A DNA stretch of 64,000 bases from Phoronis australis. Its lineage: Eukaryota > Animalia > Phoronida. The stretch is from positions 326,280-390,279 of the forward strand of contig NMRA01000243.1 in NCBI GenBank assembly GCA_002633005.1, written 5' to 3'. Positions within the stretch are counted from its first letter, which is position 1. Each line of letters starts with the position of its first letter. Of the stretch, positions 35,801 to 47,800 are shown in pieces. The notes beneath the pieces are model-generated. The model was not told where the DNA came from. It did no database searches and saw nothing but the letters and a program-made list of their open reading frames with translations. A program made the position numbers and the translations under genes.

Positions 35801-38800
35801 AATTTCTTGCCTAGCCCAATTCGCACGCAGTCAGTTTTGCACTTCGGAAAATGTTACCACAAAGCCCTGTCATTAATTCTAGTAATACACGTCGCTATAA
35901 CTGTCTTAATAAGGTCTGAACATTGTATGTTCACCATTTCATCCATTTCAATGTGAGATATTTCATGCTGTTGTAAAAATGAAGTGAAAGAGGTGACCGG
36001 GATGGTATCACTCAAGTCATATGGCCCAAAAAGTGTCTTACCAATGATGGCGCGGGATAAAGACATGACAAAGATACGATAAATATACCATAAAGTAATT
36101 TATCACTGTTAATTGGATCATACACGGCAGTGAGCAATGCTTAGTTGCTCGGTTAATTTTGTACACACGTCAATTACGAAGTCCGCATATTCAAATCGTT
36201 TGGCACAACCCATCGGGAAAATATTTCAAATTTATTCTGTGCGAAATAAGTAGAGAATCACAGAACTCAAAAAATCGGAGCATATAGACGGGGCTAAGAC
36301 TACCGGGGTTTTCCATTGATAAGCACACACGATGAAAATTATGTTGAATAAATGCCCATGGGCGTTTATTTGGTGTTACACCTTCTAGTGTCAAGTGTCC
36401 AGATAGTGAGACATTTATTCAGAAAATTTCCTCTTAAAAACCCACTCAGCCTCAACTTTTAATCACTAATTCAGTTTTGTGGAGCTTTGATCATTTAGAA
36501 AAAAGATCAGTGTTGATGAACCATGCATTTGTTTAAATAAAATGACAAAAAAGTTTCTAAAATACAAAAATACATATCGCGTTTTATGCTGGCATTTACA
36601 CGTCAGTCAAAACTACTATTGTCCGTTTACACACCCCCCTTCTCCCAATAAATGCCTGGGCGTCAATTTGGTGTCCCGAACATGTCAAAAAATTTTCATT
36701 TTCCGAATACATGCCCAAGGGCTCAACTATGGAAAATCCCCGTAACAAGAAACGTCTTTTCAACTAAATGCACATACAGCATACACCAACCAACCAAGCA
36801 GTAAACTCAACGTGGTGAGTGACTAACTACGTGAATCTCTTAGCGCAGCAAGGGCCGAGGCACCTGTGGTACAAGATGATCGCAACAGAGCTTATACGCA
36901 GCTATGAAATACGATGACTTAAAACAGACTAGGTGACAAGAAAACAAAGAAAAAATATCTCCATTACATTTAAGATCTAGGAGGTTGAAAAGTTTTTGTC
37001 TTTAGTTCAATTGAGTGGCGGTAGCCCCTTAATATTTATCAGCAATCAACGGGTGAAAATAAGAAATTTTGAGGAATACTTTTTAGCATAATTTTGCTGT
37101 CAGAAGAACTATGCTTCAGAATGGTGTGGATATTTAAATTATCACTAATTGCTCCAAAATGATTATCAAACCTTTAGAATGAAATTATCTACAACGTTCT
37201 TCGCAGAGTTAAAACCCCTTTTAGTGGATAAGCAGAACCCTGTGGTCTTGCGTCTGTCTGCACAATTTTTAAGGCATACTACGAATTGTTGGTTTTGGGC
37301 AGATCCCAGACTGGGGTGATCTGCTGATGATATCAAATCCATGCATCAGACGGTCACAGGCCTCATAGCCATGCCCATTCTATGACACCTCAGCGGAACT
37401 CACGAGTTCTCTCATCAGTCAACAGGTTCTATGTGAAAGAAGTTTTCGAAAGGAAAATGGACAGGCTATTTCATTGCTGCATTCTGTGTTATATCATGTG
37501 ATTGTGCCAACAAAGTGCTTGTTTCTTAGCCTATGAAAGACTGACCAAGACTCTCTAATGCAAAATACCTTTTCTATGCTTCATTTTGAATAAACATGAA
37601 CACAAAGTTCACATGGTTATAATGTAACAATTTCTATGGCTGAGTGAGTAACTTCATAAAAATTGATCACGCGCGTACTACTAGATTTCATATTTGTGCA
37701 CAGCAAGCAATGCCGAATCATGATTTGCTGCACAGGTCGGGCACGTGGTGGGGATGCTGTACAAACGAAAAATGGTGAGTAAATGGGTTTTATTTTCTCC
37801 AAAAAGTTGATTACGTTACAGAGAACCTTGGTTAAAACGAACCTCTTCTATAAGGTTCGTTGTAACAAGGTTCGACTAAAACAGAAACCTTGTGCCATAA
37901 TACGAAGGAATTGGCAGGACACCACAGGCAAGGGTTTCTTTTTTGCAGAAGCTTGTGTTTGCAGGTGTGCGACTCCCGTTTGCAGGCCCAAGCTCCTGGT
38001 TGAAGGCCTGTCACTTCCACTGCGCAGTGTCTGCCTTCAATGGTCGGCAAATCCCAACCTAAAGACTGCACACACACTCCATGGCACGAGTCGGCACCAC
38101 TATCACGCAGCACGCCACAGGCTTTACACATTTTATACAGTTTCTTGAATAAGCAGAGAATGAGCGTAGACCAAAATGACCACTAGATGTCAGTGTCGGA
38201 TTTACCTTGAGGACTTGGCATGACTGGTGTTCCTGGGGGACCTGTTCCTTGTGGACCCTGAAACAGAGAGTGGTCGTTTCAAAGTCTACACACTTACAGC
38301 TCAGTTTCAGGCTACTTGAACAGCACGGCTCACACACTCCTGAACAAGGCTCGTGGACCTGTAAACTTAGCTCACTGACTCACCAGCACAGGCCCTACTC
38401 CACTCACAAAACACTTCTTACACACCCAAAAATACAGCTCACTAACTCACATGACCAAGAATCACGTGCACGACTAAGGGAAGAGTCTGAGAGGCATGTT
38501 AACAGATCCAAGACCCATGCATTAGGGTCTGTAAGCAGTGTTTTGTGAGTGTGAGGGTGTGTTTGTGAGTCAATAAACAGATCCATGAGCCATGTTCATA
38601 ATGTGAGCTGTGTTGTATGGGTAGCCTAAACTGAATACCAGGGAGATTTCTGTGCACCACTCATCAGAAGATGAACTGACAGTAAACGAAACCTTTAGCG
38701 CAAAAATGCTGGCATTAATCTAACAGTTGAAGAGTTTCAGCCATCTCACACAGCCACAACATTCCAGTCTACCACAGACCTATCCAAATAAGAGTTCTAG

Positions 38801-41800
38801 TTCCGATCTTCACCAACAGAGAGCGTACCTAGTGGCGAGTCAAGGCTATGTGCACGTCCAAACAGCTGGTCTGCCAGTATCACCAGAGCCTGCATTTTTG
38901 TTCCAAAAGCTACTTTCACTATTTATTCAACTGCTGAGCTTGATGTAGATTAAAAGAGGAGACTTGTGAAGCAATGGCGACTGATCACATGGGAATAGCG
39001 ATCCGCTGTTGCCATTTGGTGGCAGCCAAAGGAACTAATGCTCACAATGGGTGACATTGGGAGAAACCAAACTAGTCTGTAACGCTTCAGCTTTGAAAGC
39101 CAAATGGCTTTTTCAGATGAAAGACAAGTGAAAGTTAGTCTCATGTGATTGGTCGTCATTGCCTTGGGTAACTTTAATTACAACCCGTGCAGGCAGTCTT
39201 CGTAGTACAGAACCTTTCTTTTGAACAATAGCCTTCTGGAGCTGCTAACAACCACAAACCAGAATGACTAAATGTCCTGGCAAAATACTATTTTCCAAAG
39301 CCCCAGTCACACTTCCAATGATGTCCCTTTCATGAGAATTGACCTAAGGCTTAAGTCAGGAATTTTATCTTGTGCATCAATCATACAACCATTTCCCGAA
39401 AATTGTGATGAAAATTGCCATTATCCTAAAAAGACCACAAAGATATGAATGTGTAAATATTCCCATAATGAAATGAGACTAATTACAGGCTATCGTAGGA
39501 CACCACATGATGACCACTGGACCTGTTTTAATGGCAGTGTGACTAGGGCTTAGCCAGTAAATGAAACAATTGGAAAATTCAAAGATCATGACAGCTGACC
39601 TCCCCATGTGAACAGCAAACAGGCCATGAAGATGCTTGAATGAGTGATAGAAAGCAAGCTTTGACTGAACATGCAGGATATGCAATCTACGAATGTCAGA
39701 AAAGGGAGGGAGTGTTGTGAGGGTTGTGTTGTGAAGAGGAATCTATAGCTAATAAATGGAGAGAATGCTTCTCTCTTGAACACGACAGCAAGAGCCTTCA
39801 GCCATGAGAAAGACTGGCCGGGCTATGAAACTGAATGTAATAAGTACGATGCCCTGCAGTTACATGGGTGTGAAACTGATTTAACTTGGCTAATCCACTG
39901 AAAGCCTAGTGAACTGAATGGTTTTACACGAACTACAAGGCAGTGGGATTGATTAAAAACCGGACGATTGCCGCACAAATAAAAAAGTTCATGTTCAATT
40001 CAACGTTTCGTCTTTTCATTAGTTTTCATTAGTTGTCCTAAATTGTTGTAAATATGATCCTGATGTCTAATGAAAAGACGAAACGTTGAATTGAACATGA
40101 ACTTTTTTATTTTTGCGGCGATCGTCCGGTTTTTTATCTTATTGTGGCCAAAAACTGATTTAATTAACAGTGGGATTGATCACCTTGCAGGAGTACTGGG
40201 GGTAACAGCCTATGAAACCAAATATTTTCTAAACCAGCTTGCGAAGGGTGTCATGTGACTGGCACTTGTCATTTTACATTAAAAAAACACAAAAACGGGC
40301 GCATTGCATAAATGCAAGACACTCGCAAGGTACGAGCACCTAGTGGTGAGATGTCTTAGCTTACGGAGCATCAACAGAGAACTCTACCCACTTCAACATT
40401 CAGGCTCAACCCTTGACCATTTTATTGGTGTACGCTAGTAAGCCCTGCCCCCCCCGAGTATACCCAGGAAACTCTCGCCTTTCACTTGGGCGACTTTGCA
40501 TGGTCTTGTGCCTACGTAACGAACCCCCACTACACCAACCAAATTTCCAAGGACAATTTACCCGAGAGAACGCACCCGTTTCATGGATTATCATTCTTTC
40601 CTATACCACAAACAAACCCAAGAGTCCAACTTGACAGCATTATATAATCCCAATTTAAAATTTGATTTTTGACCATGTTTGGATCAGAAACCCAGCTTCA
40701 ACTTGGTTACAGTAAAGTTTCCTTAAATTCAAACAAAAAATAATGGCCAAAACTGCCGTGTGTTTGTTGATGACAGATCATGTAAAATTTTCTTCTTGTT
40801 TACTCCTGTTGAAGATTGTGACAAAATAAAAATTTACTGTTCCGCCACATTGCATTCTAATTTGAAGAAACTTTACTGTATACGTATGATGGACACGAGA
40901 CAGTGTAAGGGAACTGTGCAATGAATTGTAGACACCAGGGGGAGTTTTTGAGAGGGGCGGTGAAAATGAGCATCAACAGCCAAATAATTAACAAGAACAG
41001 GTGTCCTCTGTATGTAATTGGCATGGATTGAAAAATCTAAAAAGTAGGGACTGGCTTTTGTCACTAGTGTCTGTTCATACAATCGTGGTAGATTGCTGGC
41101 ATGTACACTTAGGAGAGTGGGGAACATAAATGCAATCAATAACCAGTATGGTTATTTAACGTAAGAACAACAGAAAGATGCAACAGAGATAACAAAAAGT
41201 AATGCTTGAAGGTAACTTTACAGTACATTAAAAAAACTGATTTGACATAACACAACTAATCTACACAAAGGTAGCAAACCAAGTCCCAAATAACTCCTAC
41301 CCAAGACGTGACCTGGTGCACCACCTATTGGCAATGGGCAGAATGTACTTACGTTGTAGTTAACAGGACTTCCATGTCCGTAACTCATCTGCTTGAGGGA
41401 AAAGAGACAAAGAGACCGGTTAGAAACAATCAGAGGTGGAAGGCAGAGTTGTTGTGCGAGTCATCGTCGAGTTGTCACAGAGTTGCATACGAAGTGTTGT
41501 GAGCATGGTTGAGCAAACTATGGTAGAAGGCAGAAGTTGTTCCGGGAGTCATCGCGAGTCTTATGATAGTTGTCACAGAGTTGTATGAAAAGCGTTGTGA
41601 ACATTGTTGAGGGAGTATGCAAGAGTTGTTCTGGGAGACACTGTGATAGTTAACGGTGTAGTTGTGAAAGTCGTCAAACTTCTTGCTATAGTTGTCATGG
41701 GAGCTGAGAGTGGTTGCAGTAGCTGAGAATTGTCGTGGCGTCTGAGAGTTGTCGTGGCAGCTGTGAGTTAGCATGGGAGTAGGGAGATGTCGCGGGAGCA

Positions 41801-44800
41801 GTGAGTTGTCACGAGACCAGGGAAATGTCATGGGAGCTGTGAGTTGTCGTGGGAGCTTGAGTTGTCGCGAGAGCTGAGAGTTGCCATGGGAGCAGGGAAA
41901 TGACGTGGAAGCTGTGAGTTGTTGTGGGAGCTGAGAGTTGTTGTGGGAGCTGACAGTTGTCGTGGGAGCTGTGAGTTGTCGTGAGAGCTGCGAGTTGTCA
42001 TGAGAGCTGAGAGTTACTATGGGAGCTTTGAGTTGTCGTGGGAGCTTTGAGTTATGGTGGGAGCTGTGAGTTGTCGTGGGAGCTGNNNNNNNNNNNNNNN
42101 NNNNNNNNNNNNNNNNNNNNNNNNNNNNNNNNNNNNNNNNNNNNNNNNNNNNNNNNNNNNNNNNNNNNNNNNNNNNNNNNGTGAGTTGTCGTGGGAGCAG
42201 TGAGTTGTCGTGGGAGCTGAGAGTTGCCATGGCAGCAGGGAGATGTCGTGGGGGCTGTGAGTTGTCTTGTGAGCAGCGAGTTGTCATGGGAGCAGCGAGT
42301 TGTCATGGGAGTTGCGAGTTGTCATGGGAGCAGAGAGATGTCGAGGGACCCGTGAGTTGTCGTGGGAGCTGCCAGTTGTCGTGGGAGCTGCGAGTTGTCA
42401 TGGGAGCTGCGAGTTGTCATGGGAGCTGCGAGTTGTTGTGGGAACTGAGAGTTGTCGTGGGAGCAGCAAGTTGTTGTGGGGCCATTCGCATGGGAGCCGT
42501 GTGGTCACGGTGTGTCATTGTAGGAGATGTCATGATAATTGCTGTAGGAATTGGTGGGAAAGTTGAGGGGGTTTTGGCGACAGTCATGGTACAAATTGAC
42601 GTTGGAAGGCAGGGTGGTAGTTTGAGAAAATTGACGAGTCATTAGGAGAGCCGCTGGAATTTGTTATGAAAGTATTGTGAAAGCTGTCGTGAGTAGATGA
42701 GAGAGTTGTCGCCACTTAAGAGAGCTGTTAATACAGACAAATTAGCACACTCATGAAATTGTCAGTTTGAGAACCATTTGTTGTTGTTCTGTAGACAAAA
42801 ACGTCTGAGATTTAAACCTTCCAAATACATAACATTTCACTTCAGATCTAGGTAATTCAACAAAAAGATTAAAAGTTACTTCCCAACGGTTAAATTGAAT
42901 TCTCACTTCTCAAAGGATTTTCCACTAAAAGATTATGGAATTCGAAACAATTTTGCATGTTAAAGGTTTCATTTGTGATTTTACTAAAATAATTCCAAAA
43001 CTGCTTCCTGTCAATTTGTAAATGCAAATCATCAAAGCTCGAAATGTAAGAACACAGACTCTCGAAATGTAAGAACACAGACTTGATTAAAATATAATTT
43101 CAGCATTAGTAAAATAATCCTCTTTCTACGATAAATTTCGTCTGTAGTTGCAGAACATTTAAGCACAGCCAGCACCACTAACACTACTGAAGCAACTGAA
43201 GCCAGGCTGGGAAACAGCGAAGAGCAACGTCAGTAGCATTAAGTCTACCACAACTGGCCGTAAAACCCCTCAGCAAAGAGACCAACCGTAGACCAACCAC
43301 GCTTAGCCCAAACTGTCATTTAAGTACTCCTTTGAAACGGACCCCAAAACTAGATCACTTAGGCCTCACTTTGCACCCAACTGGGTTAAGTATTGCGAAT
43401 TGAAATTTCCACCGTGTTCAAAAAGCCAACAGGTTCCATCATTTCCCTTGAAGAAAAAGCATGAAGCAGCCCAGTTCTCAAAAGAATAGACACAGAGAAG
43501 AAAAGTATACGACAGTCCAGGATGTGAACAAATTTAATTCAAAAACTTTTGTAGAAAGCTCAATGGAAAGTTTCTCGAATGCTGCTGACCGTCTGCCTCC
43601 TTTTACATGGGGAAATCGTGAGTGAATGCCAGAGTTCCCTAAAAATTGCATCGTCCTCTGTGGCATTAATGGATGACAACTTCAAGGCACTGAACCATAA
43701 GTCAGACAACTTAAATCTGATGCCATCATGGCTGTTTAGGGAGAGATGCGTGGCTTTCACCCACACAAACTTTTAAACACACTTTTCAATCTACAAATTC
43801 TCCCCGTCTGGCACTTTCACATTCGCCATCTCCAATGAAGCACGGAAGTTGTGAGTAGCGCAATTTTTTGCAAGAATCACACAATCACTATACCCCAGTC
43901 AAAGGAATCGGATGGTTCCGCTATGTCGCGAGAAATTTTCAAGGGATTTTTACCTGTTGTTCATGAATTATATATTTTCACACCCGTTACATCACCTGAA
44001 CGAATGGCATGGCAATCATCAAATCATGCGACAATTTGTTTTTGAGGTCTCGTTGTCCGTTCTGGCAGCATGATTGTGACAGTTGAGCTCAGAGTGACAG
44101 GAATAGCGAATTTCATTCATAAACTCTTCTCAGGACACTTGCGTTTCATAAGAACGAAGCAATACAATTCGTATGAACAGTCAAAGCAGAAAACAATACG
44201 CCCAATACATCAAGGTGACGATGCTTTATACTTACATTATAATTAACCGGAGAGCCGGAGGAATAGTTTATCTGGTTAATTAAAGAAGACAAGAAACAGT
44301 CATTAATGATGACATCAACAAAACAGAGATTTGTAAGAACACATATAATTCAAAGATTATAATCTAACAGGCCTGCACTTTCACGCAATACAAAACTACA
44401 CATGGGAACAATTCAGGGATCAAACTCATACCGAATACTCTAGTCGGATTGGTGGATACAGCCACAGTGAGAAATCTAGTGTTCGGATTGGTGTTCAAAT
44501 CCAAGTGTGTTTTTGAGACAAATTGCAACTATGGCTTTACTTTAACTTTAAAAGGCCACAGCGCACAAGCGGAAGCTCTTCCCAGGTCTCACAGTTAAAG
44601 AGGCATTAAACTCGTGCTTTCAATCAAGTTTGTCTCAAATTGGTCTCAAAATCTTCCTTAGTCAAAATAGGTGTGACTTCTGGTCATGGAAAGAATTTAC
44701 AGTTCGTTATTTCTTCCTGAAGGTCGTTAATTTACATTATGTAATTTACGCCATTGCGGGTTCAAAATGTATTACAGACTTCAAACAAAGTACAAACCAT

Positions 44801-47800
44801 GTCCTGGAGAGAAAGTATCAACTTTCTCCACAGGCATCATTGCGTTGTATTGCGTTGTATTGCAAGAATTAACAAGAGCAACGCGGAGCGTTGAAATGCG
44901 CCCACAATTGCACCGCATACGGTATCCTTCTAGGGTTGTTTATTGGTACCATAAAGTGGCCAGTAGAGGGCATACTTTGCAAAATGGAAAGGCATGGTCA
45001 TTGTCTCCTCAATGGGCTAGGGGCAAAATGTGAGTAATCTTCATAATACAAGCACATCCTATACCTCAGTTGCTTAAAACACCACAGAAACATAGAATTA
45101 AAAACAAATTTACCAACATACGAGATTAGCACAGCATTAGAATGCCAGAAACAAATTTCTACTTGGAACTTTTCCTTCACAGTCACGAAGTAACACAAAG
45201 TATACACCTGAAGACCTATGAAAATACAGAGGTCAATGTAAAATACTAAAATTGCCACTAGAGGCAAATACTAAAATTGCCACTAGAGGCATACCGGTAA
45301 TCAGAATCATCCTAAAGTCGTCATCGTCCGTTGTCAACATCACATAAATACACTTGCTAAATTTAGTAAAGATCCTGCAAACGGTTTGGGAGATACAGCC
45401 ATGGGTGCAAAAAAACAAAACTGCCACTAGGAGGCGCCACAGTAGTCCAAATCGTCTGAAAATCATTGTCAGCTGTCTTCCTTATAGTAAGCACATACAC
45501 GCCAATTTTCACAATCATCCTTTGAGCGGTTTGGTTGATAGAGGGGTGGACGCAAAAATACAGACTCGAAAACAGTAAAAATGGCCACTAGGTGGCGCAA
45601 ACTACGTCGAATCCATCTGAAAACAGTAGGATAGCGTCATCTCACTAATAGGTGCCTACATACCAAATTTCATGAAAATCCGTTCAATACTTTTGAAGAT
45701 ACAAAGGTAAGCGTAAAAAACTAAAATTGCCACTAGGGGGCACACCGGTAGTCGGATCCGTCCGAAAGTTCGCACATGCCGTCCCATTCATGAATGGAAC
45801 ATATGTGTCAAATTTCATGAACGTATGACAAAGGGTTTTGGAGATAGAGCAGCGGACGCCGGACGGACGGACGGACGGACAGAGATGACGGCATAATGCA
45901 TCCACATATAAATATGTGGGCGCATAATAATGGTATAACAGTAACTTTCAGGGGTCCAGGATTTTGAGAAACAGTTTGATGCTAGTTATTCAGACAAAAC
46001 TGGTTCTCAAAATGCGGGACCCTTGTTAGTGACTGTTACCGAAATTGGTAACAAGTCAACTCATGGGCACATTACCATGGCAACTGAAACTAACCGACTG
46101 TGACAGGTAACATAATGTGCCAGGTCTAAAACAGTAACAGCTAGCCGGTTCTTCTCAAGCATAAGAACCATTTCTGGTCGGAATAAAGAACAAGACGAGA
46201 CGAATTTCCTAACGGTAAGTGATCCAAGGTCAAGATTGGTTATCAACAGGAGTGGGTTCGTTCCCCATATAGAAGTCAAGCCACACCGAGTCTGGTTCTA
46301 AACTGTTCCCACCCGATCAGTGTAAAAGGACTCGCAGGAAGTCAAGTGCACCCTGGACATTATAATCACTGCGTACAGATGTTTCACGTTCTACGAGTCA
46401 GTTGAAACGTAAACATTATTCAGGTAAAGAGAAATATTTACTGAAAGTTTCATGGTGCTAGAAATAGAATACTATCATGACAAAGAATAAGAGATTGATT
46501 TTACGAGAGTACAAGGCGAAACTTGATTTTCGTTTTTAGCCAGATAACTAAATTGTACCAAATGCAGCTTCAAGGAACATAACGTAAGATTCCTCGCCTT
46601 CAGTATCTCGTGCGTCGTCGGCATTCCTTAACGCAACCCTCAGTTTCTTTCGAAACGTGATTGAACAGAACTTAATTAGAGTGTGATAAAGGCAATTAGG
46701 AAATTACGGACCGACTAGTAACTCAAGACCTACCCCTGCATTTGCTCCACACCACGGTCGGCTGCCTTGTGGTCTGAAAGTGGAGAGAACAAGGTTAAGG
46801 GTATGTAGGGTCCCAGGAATACGTCCGAATTTTGCTAACTTAGGAAAATTGTTTCTTAGAAATGAATGATCGGATTCGTGTGAAATTTTCAGATACAATG
46901 CTTTATGGACTATTCTCCGATACGTTGTTAGGAATTGTTTTAACATGTTCCAATTTTGCACGAGGGACTTTCGTGATGTTCATAAAAAATTAAAATGCTA
47001 TAAAACGTAAATGAAATGAAACTTAGAAAAATAAAACAGCGCTTTTGAGATTTTATCCCAAACATGGATTAAATGAAATTTGGTCAAGTTATGAGTACCG
47101 TTGTTTTGATATTAATTACTTTCCATTTTAAAAAATAAAAAAAGATGTTTTCACAATACCTAATAAATGGCAGATTGGTGATGACATAAATCAAATTATA
47201 TAGGTTTTCGACTTTCATCATCACATGCAAACGTTACACTAGATTATCTGACATTCTTCACAGATTCTGAAATTTTTTCAAATGTATTACTCCAAAATAT
47301 ACTGAGCGCTGTTTGACATCCCATTTCCATCAAAAAGAATGTTTTCGTTTAAATTTGCAATCTCCACAAAAAATCAAGTCGTGAAATCAGGCAAATAAAC
47401 ACTTTTGGTTGTAGTTTGACCAGAATGGAACTCTAAAGCACTATCCTTGGTTTAATAGACCACTTCACTCTTACTTTATCTTACTAAGAAATTGGCCATT
47501 TTTGTCCTTGCAAGTAAACTTTAATCAATTATTAGCAAATTATTAAAGTCATCTAGATTACTAGTTCTTTTCCTCGACGATTCTTCACTGTCAAAATATT
47601 CTTCTGTTTTTGTGCCTTTATACAGTGAAACATAAAAACATCAGTAACGATAAACTGCCATGGAATTAAGAGTAACTCTTAATATTCCTCTTTCATTTTT
47701 CATCGGAAGCTGTGAATGTCCACATATTGCAGGACTATACTTATGGTATGAAACAGCAATGTATTAATTTGGGACTTTTTTAAGATACAAAATAACAAAA

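Noticed and set aside
41475-42645. Long ORFs of 270, 189 and 88 aa
   Set aside because: They are translations of a 21-bp minisatellite and an N gap
46795-47455. TTAA-bounded Kolobok-like remnants (similar hints near 8120, 9318, 22830-24066, 50565, 51920, 59590, 60550-61340)
   Set aside because: Only single termini or diffuse similarity is visible; paired TIRs could not be established by eye
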